DNA from: Eledone cirrhosa
Taxonomy: Eukaryota
Assembly: GCA_964016885.1 (NCBI GenBank)
Contig: OZ024742.1
Coordinates: forward strand, 301,196,001-301,260,000
DNA length: 64,000 bases
Direction of reading: 5' to 3'
Each line of letters starts with the position of its first letter. The first letter of the stretch is position 1. The notes beneath the pieces were generated by a model. It saw nothing but the letters and a program-made list of their open reading frames with translations. It searched no databases and was not told where the DNA came from. A program made the translations under genes and the position numbers. Shown here in pieces: positions 13,645-26,372 of this stretch.

Positions 13645-14094
13645 CAATATAAACAGTTTTATAGATAAATATATTCGACATACCGTAATAAACATCAACT
13701 TCATTTGAAGCGGTTTACTCTAGCAGTGAAAATACAGAGAGAAAGAAAGAGAGAAAGAAAAGAGGGAAAAAAAAGAAAGAAAGAAAGACAAAACGAAGAA
13801 GAGGAAGAAAAAGAAGAAAAAGAAAAAGAAGAAATGCATGGGACAAAATAGAGAGATGGAAAAATAGATAAAGCGAAGAGCTTCATGTAAAGAGACAGAA
13901 AGAGATATATATATATATATAGAGAGGAAATAGAGATAGATACATATATATATATAGAAAATTAGGTAGTGGGAGGTCATTTTGAGTAAGTCCAAAAACG
14001 TATCTCTAGGATTTCGTCGAATAGAAAGATTTTTGACGAAAAGGCCCAATACTATAATGATGCACTAGCTAGGGCAGGGTATGCTGATAAGATT

Positions 14095-14889
14095 GTGTAC
14101 ATAGATAATGATAGACAAACTAAACAAAGTAACAACTTTTTTAATTACGGCAACAACATTAACAACTATAATAGAAAGCATTACAATAATTCCAAAGGAC
14201 AAAAAAGAAATAGAACTAGGAACATAATTTGGTTTGCCCCCCCTTTCTCACTAAACATTAAAACCCACATCGCTAAATTATTTTTCAAAGCTCTTGATAA
14301 TCGCTTCCCTAGAACACATAGGTATCACTCAATCTTCAATAGGCATACAATTAAATTAACCTACTCATCCACCAAAAATTTAGCACAAAATATTAATAGA
14401 ATAAATAATAGGAACTTAAAACCTACTGATAATAGCATAAATAATATACAAGTTAACAAATGTAACTGTAGAGATAGATCTAAATGTCCGTTAAATAACA
14501 ACTGCTTAGTTAAAAATATAGTATACAATTGTAATGTTAATACTGACTCTAATTCTTTTAACTACGTCGGTTCCACATCGACGGAATTTAAACTTCGCTA
14601 TAATAACCACAAGAATTCTTTCACAGATCCAAATAAAAAATCTTCAACGGCACTATCAGGGGTACTCTGGCAACTTAAGCTAGATAACGTTAGATATTCG
14701 ACGGCTTGGAATATAGTCTCAAGAGGGATTCCTTTTAATTCATCCTCTGAGACATGTGACCTCTGCGCAGAGGAGATATTCTTTATACTAAAATCTAAAA
14801 ATTCCCTTAACCTACAGACAAATTTATTCAGTTGTTGCAAACATAGATTAAACTCAACGTTTAAATATAAATTTAAATTTAAAATGTAG
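14095..14889 (+). pseudogene. PLE ORF C-terminus: linker, Cys-rich motif and GIY-YIG endonuclease
   Basis: WFAPPFS...IFNRHTIKLTYS, CNCR..CPL..NCL, IVY..YVGSTST.FKLRYNNH, CDLC..E. The reverse transcriptase (RT) core is absent. Confidence 0.9.
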
Positions 14890-16067
14890 TATATTTAGTT
14901 TGATTTATATTTATATGAGAACTAGCCGATAAATCTTTTGATTCCTAAATCTTTGATTCCCTCTTTTTACTCTTTCTATTGTTTTTTTTATTTTATTTAT
15001 TTTTATTTTTTATTTTTTAATATTTTTTATTATTTTTTATCTAAACATTCCTCATGAAAAATTAAGCTACCCTAAAAGCCGATGCTCCAAATTTTTTTTG
15101 AATTAACCTTACACTAGATAAACTTCTATATTAAATATAGGAACTTATGTAGACATTATTGGACATCATAATCTTTTTTTGCGATATTCTTTGCTAGATG
15201 TGATTTGATAGATAATTTTTGGCTGTCTTGTAATGAACTTGGCAATATATTGTCAATTAACTTTGAAGGGTTGTTCTTTGTGGTTTATTTTTATTTTATT
15301 TTTATTTTATTTTTATTTTCATTTTTATTTTCATTTTTATTTTTATTTTTATTTTTATTTTTATTTTTATTTTTATTTTTATTCTTTTAGTATTGTAGTA
15401 TTCTATAATATTTTTATTTTTTATTTTATTTTTTTATATTTTTTTATTTTATTTTTAATATTTTTATATGTAAATTTTTTATATGTAAATTTTTAATACG
15501 TAATATTTTTTAATACGTAGTATTTTAATATGCAATATTTTTATTATGTAATATTCTTTCGTAATATATTTTTTTTAGTTTTCTATTCTATATTTTTATA
15601 TATTTTTACTTATTATTATTATTATTGTTATCTTTGTTTATAATATAATATATATTTTCGATTAGTATATTGTAAATCTGCTCTCTATTTCTGCTTGATA
15701 GATAATCTTGTAGAGTAATCGCAAGAATAATAATACGCTCAAATTTTTATACCACACTGAGAATGTTTTCCGGTAACTAAAAGTTTTCAGAGTGAATCAG
15801 TTGGATTCACATTGATGTTTGTAGCTGTCACATAAACATATGAATTTTTTAAAACTAAACATAAGATAATGAATTTTCACACATTGTGAATACTTGTTTC
15901 ATTCAGGAATACTGATATTTACAATATAGTGTAAGTTTTATAAATACTAATACATTAAAACATAGGGTTTTCTATGCCTCGAATATGTCTGGCTATTTTT
16001 AAATTTTTTTCTCTCTCTATATCTCTCTATATCTCTCTATATATCTCCCTTACATTAATACTTGAGC

Positions 16068-16102
<35 letters not shown>

Positions 16103-16466
16103 ATGTATCATTGATACACTTACTCAAAATTACCTCCCACTACCTAATTTTCTATATATATATATGTATCTATCTCTATTTCCTCTCTCTCTATATATAT
16201 ATATCTCTTTCTGTCTCTTTACATGAAGCTCTTCGCTTTATCTATTTTTCCATCTCTCTATTTTGTCCCATGCATTTCTTCTTTTCCTTTTTCTTCTTTT
16301 TCTTCCTCTTCTTCGTTTTGTCTTTCTTTCTTTCTTTTTTTTTTCCCTCTTTTCTTTCTCTCTTTCTTTCTCTCTGTATTTTCACTGCTAGAGTAAACCT
16401 CTTCAAATGAAGTTGATGTTTATTACGGTATGTCGAATATATTTATCTATAAAACTGTTTATATTG

Positions 16467-16532
16467 TATTTTGTCTGATGAAGGCATAACATATTGTTAA
16501 TATGATATCCCCGAAATATATATAATGAAATA
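16467..16532 (+). ncRNA. Type I hammerhead motif in the PLE pseudo-LTR
   Basis: TATTTTGT-CTGATGA-aGG...CC-GAAA-TATATA-TA-ATGAAATA. Stem I is 8 bp with two G-U pairs. Confidence 0.65.
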
Positions 16533-16570
16533 AATATGGTTTTATAAATATAGTTTTCCATTTATTTAAT

Positions 16571-16630
<60 letters not shown>

Positions 16631-16632
<2 letters not shown>

Positions 16633-19600
16633 GAAAAATTGAACAGGGACAGAACAGAGAGGCAGTACAATAAATGTTTATTAAATTCACGCTCAGGAGA
16701 GTGGGGGGTAGGTGGGGGACGACGTTTCGGGCATAAGCCCTTCTTCAGGTGAGAAGTGTGTGGGAACAGAGTTCAAAAGGTGTGTAGGGGAGTGGTGGAG
16801 AGACATATAGCGAAAGGAAACGGTGCGAATGAAAAATTAACAAATAAAGACAAAAAATATAATAAATAAAAATAAAGCATGATCAAAATACAAGGAATGA
16901 GAAAATTTAAAAATAAAGGCATGATCAAAATAAACTGAAATTAAAAGGGGCTAAACAGGTGGTGGAAGGGTGTGGGGTGAGTAGGGGTGGTGGCGGGTGG
17001 AGTGGGGAGAGGGAGACGGGGTGTCCGAGCGGGGAGGGCTGAAGGTGGTGTGTGTGGTTAGGTGTGCGTGTGTGTGTGTGTATGTGAAAGTGAGGGTTGG
17101 GGGAAGAACGGGGTTGTATGTTCAGGAAGGTGTGTATTTGGGGGGGGGGGGTTGTGGGTCGGAGTGTCTGTGTGTGTGTGGATAGGGGGGTGGGGGGAGA
17201 GGAGGCTGAGGGTGTAAATATGTGGTGGGAAGCACGTGTGTGTGGTTTAAGCGTGTTGTGGGTGTGGCTAAAAAAAAAAATGGGGGGGGGGTGAGTTATA
17301 TAGGTGATGGTGTAAGAGGATGGTTGAAAAGTTGGTAAGTTCCACGGATGTTTGGAGATTTGGTTAGAAGTCAATTTCGCGTGTGGGTAATCCAAGAAGC
17401 GGTGGTCGGAAGAGGAGAGATGTGGGGTGCGCGCGCAACAGGAAGCGGTCAGCAGTGGGAGTGCTGTGGTCAGTTGGTGCTGAGAGGTGGTCGGAAGGGC
17501 ATAGCAGCAGTCGGCGGAATGGTAGGGAGGCGAGGATGGGTAGGTGTGAGGAGGGTGTGTGTGTGTATTAGTAGGGGTGTTAGTGGGATGAGTGAGTGTG
17601 GAGCGTGGAGAGAAGGGTGTGTGTGGTTCTATGGAGGGAGTGTGGTGTACTGGTGTGTGTGTAGTTTGGTGAAGAGGTGTTAGTGGGTGTTAGTATACGG
17701 GAGGGGTGGAATGCAGGTGTGAGTGGGGGTTAGTGGTGGTAGGGTGTGTAGAGTTGGTGGTGTACGAGGGTGTGTGGGTACGTGTGCGTAGGGTTGGGGG
17801 TGTTAGTGATGTTAGTTGCGTGTGGGGTGGGTGGTGTAAGTGGGTGCGTGTGATAAGGAGGGGGAGGAGGGGAGGGAGGGGATGTTAGTATGTTAGTTGG
17901 GGAAGGGTGGTCAGATGAGGGGTGGAGTGGAGGTGTTAGTATTGTTAGTGTGGGGTGGGCGGTGAAAAGGAGGGGTGTGTTAGTGGTGTTAGTGGGGGGA
18001 GGGGGCGGTCGAACGCTAAAGGAATAAGGGTGGGGAGTTCAGGCCGGAGGGAGTGTGGGTCTGTAAGATGAAGATAGTGCGTTGTTCGACCGTAAGGCGA
18101 TGGGCGGGTGTTCCGTGGCACTGGAGTAGGCCACAGACTGTGAGATGGCGTGCGGAGTGTCCAGGGCCACCAAAGTGGCGGGCGATGGGGGAACTACCCC
18201 CGAGACGAATATCCCGGAGGTGCTCCGTGACTCGGTCCGCCAGGCGACGTCCCGTCTGTCCGACATAAGTCGCGCTGCACTCCGTGCAACGAAGTCCGTA
18301 GACTAGGTTGGAGGTGGTGCAGCGGAAGGCATGCCGGACCGAGAGAGAGTGGCCGTTGGGACCCTGGAAGGTGGTGGTGTTGGTGATGTGGGGACAGGTG
18401 TTGCAGCGGGGCCTAGAACAGGGGAAGGAACCGGGGGGGGGGGCGTGGGTTGGGGGTAGGGAGCTGTGGACGAGGAGGGTGCGGAGATTGCGTGCGCGTT
18501 TGAAGGAGGGGAGTGGTGGGGTTGGGAAGATGTGGGAGGTGGAGGGGTCGGACTGGAGGCGTCGGAAGAGGCGGCGGATGGTGCGGTGGAGGGGTAAGGT
18601 GGAGGGGTGGTAGGTGATGGGGAAGGGGAGACGGTGGGTGGGTGTGCGGTGGCGTGGGGTGAGGGTGGTGGAGCGGGGGATAGCACGGGCGCGGGTGAGA
18701 GCGGTGTAGACGAGAGAGGGGGGTAACCTCTGCGGATGAAATGGCTGACTAGGGAAAGGGCCTGGGACTCGAAGTCAGCATCACGGCTACAGAGGCGGCG
18801 GATCCTGAGAAGTTGGGAGTAGGGAATGGAGAGTTTAGTGTGGGTGGGGTGGGAAGAGGTGAAGTCGAGGTAAGAGTGGGAGTCGGTGGGTTTGAAGAAG
18901 GCGGAGGTGACGAGGGAGTGGTGGGAGGGGTCGAAGGCGACGGAGATGTCTAAGAAGTGGACGTGGGTGGTGGAGATAGAGGTGGTGAAGTGGAGGGAGG
19001 GGTGGAAGGAGCAGAAGAAGGAGAGAAAGGAGTCGAGCTGTACTCGGGTGAGGGTGGTGGCTCCGATACAGTCGTCAATGTAACGACCGTACAGTTCGGG
19101 CGTGGGGCCGGTGTACTGGGCAAAGATTTGGGCCTCAACATGGCCAATAAAAAGGTTGGCATAGTTCGGGCCCATTCTTGTGCCCATGGCTACCCCCGTG
19201 ACCTGTTGGTAAAACTCACCCGAGAAGGAGAAACAATTTAGGGTGAGGACCAGCTCGGCGAGGCGAAGGAGGGTGGGGGTGGAGGGAATGGGGGAGGGGC
19301 GAAGGTCGAGGTAGTGTTTGAGGGCGTGAAGGCCGTCGGCGTGGGGGATGACGGTATAGAGGGACTTGATGTCTAGGGTGAAGAGGAATGGCTGAGGGCC
19401 GGGTAGGTAGGTGAAGGAGTCGAAAAGGCGCAGGGCGTGGTTGGTGTCGGAGATGTGGGAGGGGAGGGTGGTGACAAGGGGGGCGAGGAAGGAGTCGAGA
19501 AAGGCGGAGATGAGTTCGGTGGGGCAGTTGCAAGCGGAGACGATGGGGCGGCCGGGGTTGTCGGGTTTGTGGAGTTTGGGGAGGAAGTAGATGGTGGGGG

Positions 19601-19857
19601 TGCGGGGGGTGCGGACGATGAGGTGGGAAGCGGTGGGGGGAGGAGGGAGGAGGCGATAAGGTCTTTGATGGTGGAGGAGACTTGTTGTTGGTAGAGGGGG
19701 GTGGGATCGGAGGGTAGAGGGCGGTAAAAGAGGGGGTTACAGAGCTGCCTGAGGGCCTCGGCCGTGTAGAGGTCCGCGCGCCATACCACCATGGCGCCTC
19801 CCTTGTCCGCCGGTTTGATGACGATGTCATCTCGGCTACGGAGGGAGCGGAGAGCGA
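16631..19857 (-). mobile_element. GC-rich Penelope-like element (Neptune-like), 5' truncated and frameshifted
   Basis: RT motifs IKPADKGGAMVVW, YFLPKLHKP..PGRPIVS, TLDIKSLYT.IP, GVAMGTRMGPNYANLF, YGRYIDD. GIY-YIG domain LVYGLRCTECSATYVGQTGRRLADRVTEH, stop at 18016-18018. Long 3' region with an HHR, ending at (TA)n. Confidence 0.92.
16718..16752 (-). ncRNA. Minimal hammerhead motif at the 3' end of the Neptune-like PLE
   Basis: Minus strand reads CTGAAGA-A-GGGC-TTAT-GCCC-GAAACGTC. Perfect 4-bp stem II and palindromic ACGT stem III. Stem I is weak. Confidence 0.75.
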
Positions 19858-20058
19858 TATATATTCAGGTTTGAGGTTCACCACTGTATAGAGCTGGTCT
19901 ATTCCGTATGGTCAATCGTAATGTAATAATATAGAGATTACTCAACGTAAAGCAGTTCAACCGTCTTTGTTTTTGTAGTTGGTGGTGCTATTACGGAGTT
20001 AAATATTATAATGAAATGACAGGAGGCTGGATTTGTGTAAATCCTTGAAAGGTTTATT

Positions 20059-20116
20059 ATACTATGATCATTTCAATGACCGGGTTCCGTATGAATCCGG
20101 TGATATCATCAGGTAT
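20059..20116 (-). ncRNA. Type I hammerhead motif, paralog of 12357-12418
   Basis: Minus strand reads ATAC-CTGATGA-tatca CCGG..CCGG tcatt-GAAA-TGATCA-TA-GTAT then AATAAA. Confidence 0.85.
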
Positions 20117-20393
20117 TCGAAATATAATACGTGAATGTAATAGATAAAATCCATGGGGCTGAAAATCGAGGACCCGAGGGCGACCGCTATTCTGCTCCTT
20201 CAACCTCGGCCGGTCGCCCTCGAGTGACGTGGCTAAAGTTTACAGTGTGCTACTACCGGTCAGATAAACGAAAACAGAAAGGGATGGGAACATAGGTTAG
20301 CATCAATCTCATGCCACAAGATAAAAGAAAGAAAGAAAGGAGGGAGAGAGAAGAAGGGGGAACACAACACAGGATTGTTGTGTTTAATCTCAT

Positions 20394-20501
20394 TGCTGAC
20401 AATTGTTTCTCTGAACTGGTAGGTCTAGAGATCGCTATTCGCTTGTTTTCACGTTACTCGATCGCCAATACAAAATTATAACCAGTCAGTTCTTCGGAGC
20501 A
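20394..20501 (-). ncRNA. Hammerhead motif with CCGAAGA core (inverted copy)
   Basis: Reverse complement of 21554-21661. Confidence 0.7.
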
Positions 20502-21553
20502 TGCGAGAATGAAGAGAGTATACAGGCATGAATGGAATATACAGGCTACTATATGAAGTAGTAATGGCATTCAGTTAGAACAATAACAACAATTACAACA
20601 ATGCTAGTAATAAATTATTTGAGGAGACCCTGACATTACATTAGGTGATCTATCTTCTGCAGACATAGAATTGCCACTAAATTCATAAGATTCAAACCTC
20701 CGTGAATCGAACCAACACAACATAGCCTTAAACTAGGATACCCACTACCCTGCATAAATCACCACAGAAATATACTCATTAAGTACACTCTAGCCTTCAC
20801 AATTCTTTACCACACAAATGTCTGTAAGTACCTCATCAACCCATAAACTTATTTCTTCTCAGCTGCTGCCATCACTTGATCCTAAATCCAAGAATTTCTC
20901 AAATCACTACTACAATGTAACTTTACCTTCCTTTTGCCATAATTACAGTCAGCATGTTTATCTCTTTGCATATATGTATGTATTTGTACGAGTGTATATT
21001 GATGTGTATGTATGTGTCTACGTACACATGCGTGTGTATATATATGTGTGTGTGTATATGTGTGTATGTATATGTATATATATATATATATATGTATTGC
21101 CTCCTTAACCTCTGTATTAACTCGCCCACTATTTAGCTTTGACAGTGTTGTCCCATACATGTATGTTATTGAAGATGAAAAGAAAGACTGTATTCTCATC
21201 TAATGTAGACCACACAAATTCTACTCAATGATAAATACTTCGTCGGTCAGATAAATACTGAACATTACGGCCACCTGACCTATATTGGTGATAAACACCG
21301 GCTTATCATTAAAATTGATACAATACACCCTACGACATGCCAAACTTATACTTCTGCTTCATGTCAGCTAGTTTTACACGCCGAAATCTTAGATACACTA
21401 TACCCCCCACATAATGTAATGTCAGGGTCTCCTCAAATAATTTATTACTAGCATTGTTGTAATTGTTGTTATTGTTCTAACTGAATGCCATTACTACTTC
21501 ATATAGTAGCCTGTATATTCCATTCATGCCTGTATACTCTCTTCATTCTCGCA

Positions 21554-21661
21554 TGCTCCGAAGAACTGACTGGTTATAATTTTGTATTGGCGATCGAGTA
21601 ACGTGAAAACAAGCGAATAGCGATCTCTAGACCTACCAGTTCAGAGAAACAATTGTCAGCA
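21554..21661 (+). ncRNA. Hammerhead motif with CCGAAGA core and long stem II
   Basis: TGCT-CCGAAGA-a CTGA CTGGT...ACCAG t TCAG a-GAAA-CAATTG-TC-AGCA. Confidence 0.7.
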
Positions 21662-21890
21662 ATGAGATTAAAAACCTTTTTTGTATTGCAAACCATGTCA
21701 ATCTTCTTTCCTGATTTATTATTACTCCAAGTCTTTACAACATAGGAATTACAGCATACTCGCAACATCACTATGAATACACCTTGTTGAGTCAAACCAA
21801 GCCTAGCGTTGATATCATCCACTACCCGGCCGGAATACCATAACTGGACTACACCTAAGGGGACTGGATATAACTATTATTTGTTACCCC

Positions 21891-21955
<65 letters not shown>

Positions 21956-21963
<8 letters not shown>

Positions 21964-22667
21964 TGGGTGAATACTTCAACAGGCACTAAGTACTTGTAGA
22001 AATATGCAAGGTGTTTATAATAATTGTGGTTCGATGGTACTAATTTGAGATACCAGAACAATATAAAAAGAGCGGAGCAAGCGGTTATCAAACAATTCTC
22101 TAGATAAATTAAAAAACGATTTAAATAATCACCTGTTCTATTGCTGTTACCGACGGTTTCACCATTCCAAAAATTGGAAATCCAGAGAATTTCCAAGCTC
22201 TTTTTATATTGTTCTGGTATCTCAAATTAGTACCATCGAACCACAATTATTATAAACACCTTGCATATTTCTACAAGTACTTAGTGCCTGTTGAAGTGTT
22301 CATCCACTTTTATAATTTTTCTCCTTATGTAGAGAACAAAACGTTGAATAATGCTACTAATTTTAGTGGCAGTATCAACACGTTTATAATAAACAGCTAT
22401 TATCTGCGACCTGATTTTGCATGTGTGTCATTTTAACGGCTTGACCGCATGCGTTGGGCAGGAAGCGAAATATTTACTTGCTGTAGGGCTGGCAATCTTA
22501 TAGTATGGAAATAAGCTGTCTGAAGATCCATTTCTTTCCATTGGAAATTCTCTGGATTTCCAATTTTTTGAATGGTGAAACCGTCGGTAACAGCAATAGA
22601 ACAGGTGATTATTTAAATCGTTTTTTTAATTTATTTAGAGAATTGTTTGATAACCGCTTGCTCCGCT

Positions 22668-22671
<4 letters not shown>
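21956..22671 (+). mobile_element. Retrozyme-like / non-autonomous PLE insert: 468-nt monomer plus an inverted copy spanning the monomer junction
   Basis: Flanked by (TA)n on both sides. Monomer 22197-22664 is bounded by direct GCTCTTT repeats. 21956-22196 is the reverse complement of the monomer end joined to the monomer start. Confidence 0.8.
22515..22594 (+). ncRNA. Type I hammerhead ribozyme motif
   Basis: GCTGT-CTGAAGA-t CCATT...TTGGAAAT/ATTTCCAA...AATGG t-GAAA-CCGTCGG-TA-ACAGC. Predicted cleavage after GUA at 22589. Confidence 0.88.
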
Positions 22672-22714
<43 letters not shown>

Positions 22715-23205
22715 TTAAAAATAAACATGAGATATAAAAAGGTACACACAACTTAGAAAGGACGGACGCATGGACAGTTCCCGCTCATCAGCTGACTTCT
22801 GGGATTCATCATAGTTTCGGAGGCTTTGAATAGAGGACTATTTTTTCCAGTGCATGAATAGTCTCTATTAGAAAGTTATTTGGGATTATAATACAACAGA
22901 TACTGGACAATAAAACAACGGTACATGTCGGGTCTTTTCAACTCGTTGGATAGGAAGACAGACGAAATATCTATCAAAGTCAGGAAAACGCCACAGACAA
23001 ATGTAGGTAAGTCACCATAAAAGAAATAGAAAGATTAATAAAAATTAGTTCAAGCAATGACCCTAGAACTAACAAAGATAGGAGAGGAAACAGAGTGAAC
23101 TGACGATGTCGATAGTCGAATTACAAAAGGATGAGAACGAGTCCAATGGGAAGACAGTAGTAGGAACCACAGCAAGAAAACCAAAGAGTGAGAGAGATAG
23201 GAAGT

Positions 23206-23233
<28 letters not shown>

Positions 23234-23236
<3 letters not shown>

Positions 23237-23555
23237 TCATCATCATCATCATTTCATTTTACGTCCGCCTTTTCCCTGTTTGCAAGGGTGGAACGGGAAC
23301 TGATTCTGGCTTGATTTCTACAGCTGGATGCCCTTCCTAACACCAACCTCATTTACAGTGAGTGCTGGGTCTTTTTTGCCGACCACTTTGCAGTGGAATG
23401 ATATGGACCCCAGTCCCTATCATCTCATTTCTACAGCTGAGTAAACTGGAACAATGTGAAATAAAGTGTCTTGCTCAAGGAAACAACACATCACCCGGTC
23501 TGAGAATTGAACTCTCACAACCTTTCGATTGCAAGGCCAATGCTCTAACCACTAA

Positions 23556-23560
<5 letters not shown>
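23234..23560 (-). mobile_element. tRNA-derived SINE (family B), inverted near-identical relative of 8195-8534
   Basis: Reverse-complement match to the 8195 copy over about 300 bp, with one internal deletion. Confidence 0.85.
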
Positions 23561-23626
<66 letters not shown>

Positions 23627-23696
23627 GGGGGGAAAGAGAATGTAGAGAAGTAACAAACGAGTTGATATATAGAAACAAATAGTAAAAAGGAAAGAA

Positions 23697-23949
23697 ATAC
23701 AGTAGAAAATGCTAGAGGGATTTTTTCAGTATAACATCAAAACATTTATTTACAAAGTGGGGATTTCCGCATTTAATTGTGGATGCATTTCAGACTTAAC
23801 TGGTCTTCAGTCGCAAGCATGGGAGAGTTCGTCCTGATGAAGACCAGTTAAGTCTGAAATGCATCCACAATTAAATGCGGAAATCCCCACTTTGTAAATA
23901 AATGTTTTGATGTTATACTGAAAAAATCCCTCTAGCATTTTCTACTGTA

Positions 23950-23950
<1 letters not shown>
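23697..23950. repeat. 113-bp inverted repeat with a 28-bp spacer, overlapping a minimal HHR motif at 23834-23865
   Basis: Arms 23697-23809 and 23838-23950. Motif CTGATGA-AGAC-cagttaa-GTCT-GAAA-TGCA-TC, with poor stem I. Ends in (TA)n. Confidence 0.85.
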
Positions 23951-24035
<85 letters not shown>

Positions 24036-24250
24036 CACAAGAGTAGTAAAGTATACTGTTGATTTGCTGCTGTTGTATCAGGTTGTCGTGGTTCACATTA
24101 TTCAAGTTATAAAAAAAGTTTATATTAACCTGAATAAACTTTTTCCCGTTAATAATGTAACTACGGCTAGTGGATTTATAGAAACCCTTCCGGGTCTTAT
24201 GTTCATTGTGCTTGTTTTTATCGACATACTTACTGGCGATAACATTCTTT

Positions 24251-24490
24251 TGGGATATTCTTCCCCACCTGCCGTATTCAACTGACCTCGCGCCAACAGA
24301 TTATCACCCTTTTCTCTGAATGAGCAACGCAATACAGTCAAAGACCTTCGCCAACGAAGACCAGTTAAATCAGTGACTGGCGGAGTTATTTGCATTGAAA
24401 CCAGAAGAATTCTACAGGGATGGAATCATGTGCCTTCCTAAAGGGTGGCAGACGGTAATCACAAATGGTGGCGATTATTTTGACTTGTAA
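24251..24490 (+). pseudogene. Mariner transposase C-terminal relic
   Basis: Hand translation gives WDILPHLPYSTDLAPTDYH (YSPDLAP motif) and, after disruptions, KPEEFYRDGIMCLPKGWQTVITNGGDYFDL*. Confidence 0.85.
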
Positions 24491-24849
24491 AATTTTTATA
24501 ATGCTAAAAAACGCCAAAGTCAATAAAAATGTGAAAATCGATGAGAACTTTCAAAACATAAGGTTGATATTTTGGTATTGCTCTATCTAAAATATGCTAG
24601 CCGATTTTACCTATATCTGAAGTAGAGAGGCGAAAAGGTCTTATAGAAAGGTTATCATGAAAGTTAGGTTTGTGATCTTTCAACGTGAAACGGGGAGTCA
24701 TAGGTGTGTGTGTATTTATATCTTTTTGCCTGTATGTATATGTTTATATGTGTGTCTACGTGCATATATGCATGTGTATATCTATATATCTACATGTATG
24801 TCTGTGTATGTGCTTTTATGTATATGGGCGTGTGTATCTATATCGCTCT

Positions 24850-24891
<42 letters not shown>

Positions 24892-24893
<2 letters not shown>

Positions 24894-26339
24894 GGACTAA
24901 CTATAACATATGAATACAACCTTAAAGTAGTTAACTTCCTGGATGTCACACTCAATTTAAACTCTGGTTTGATTAAACCGTTTCATAAATTGAATGAAAA
25001 TCTCAAATACGTAAATGTTGGGTCTAACCACCCCATCTCTATAATTAAATCTATCCCTAAAAATATTTCCCTTAGAATCTCGGGTCTATCTTCTAACATA
25101 CAAGTATTTAAGGAACACGCCGAGTACTACGATAACGCCCTTAGTAAAGCAGGCTACCTCAACAAAATAGAGTACATAGATGGGAACAATCAAAACACCC
25201 AAAATAAATCCCACATAGGTAGATATAATAACACAACACCAAACCACACTTACTACCATAGTATGCACACCAGTAAACCAACAAACAAAACTAATAGAAA
25301 GCGATGCAAAGAGTACTTATGGTATAACCCCGAATACAATAGTTCCATTAGTACAAATTTACCAGTACTCTTCTTTAAAATAATTAAAAGACATTTTCCT
25401 ACATCACACAAATACCACAAAATCCTAAACCCTACCACTATAAGACTGTCATACTCTACAGCGTTAAACCTTGAACAACACATAAAAAAGATCAATACTA
25501 GAAGGTTAAACGAAAACACTAAAAACTTAAGTACAAAGAACACAAAAAAAAACAGTAGACAATACACTACAGAACATAAATAAACCACACCTAAGTTCGT
25601 CCGCAATACTACTCCAGAGAAAACCCAACGTACACAACTGTAACTGCACCTATCCTGACAACTGCCCCCTCGGCAATAACTGCCTGGAAAAAAATATTAT
25701 TTATAAGTGTACCATTAAATCCGGAGGCAACGAGTGGTATTACGTGGGATCAACGGCAACATCGTTTAAATCTCGATTGTATAGGCATTCTTACTCAATA
25801 AAACACCAGAGCCAAAGAAATGTAACAACTTTAGCAGAAAAAGCTTGGACGCTCAGGGATAGCGATCAACAGTTTACCCTAAAATGGGAGAAATTAGCTA
25901 AAACCCAAAGCTTTTCCAGGAGCCAAAATTTCTGCAAATTGTGTAATCTTGAGATTTATTACATAATCACACACAAGAAGAAACTGCTGAATAACAGAAT
26001 TGAACGAACATTATTCTGCCGTCACAGAACTAAAACCCTTTTTTCCCACTACAAGCCGAATATTACATAAAAGAGGGACATCCCCCAACTATATAAACCT
26101 TAATCTAGTTAGAAAAATATAAAAACAATCTCTTCTCAACATATATTAATAACCTTAAATTACCACACTAATAATGGAAAGATATGCTGATGAGAATAGG
26201 TGCAAATATGCGATAATGAATGTGTCTAAAAACGTCCATAAGTATGTATATATATGTGAAAATGTATATAAATAAGTAAATATATATATATGTTTGATGT
26301 GTATAGTTAGATGTAAGTGTATTCATGTATTAAAGTGCT

Positions 26340-26372
<33 letters not shown>

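Larger units (their letters stand above)
13535..16576 (+). mobile_element. 5'-truncated Penelope-like element with inverted pseudo-LTRs
   Basis: ~457-bp inverted repeats (13535-13991 vs 16118-16576) bracket a GIY-YIG ORF. The 3' end abuts (TA)n. Confidence 0.9.
20383..21672. mobile_element. Non-coding PLE-type insert with ~260-bp inverted repeats, each carrying an HHR
   Basis: 20383-20644 is the reverse complement of 21412-21672. Confidence 0.8.

Noticed and set aside
17390-18010. Telomeric repeat
   Set aside because: GTTAG-containing motifs are irregular and are not tandem TTAGGG. The region is part of the PLE 3' region.
22765-22870. Possible extra HHR on the minus strand (CTGATGA near 22785-22791, GAAA near 22815)
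   Set aside because: I could not build consistent stems I-III in a valid order.
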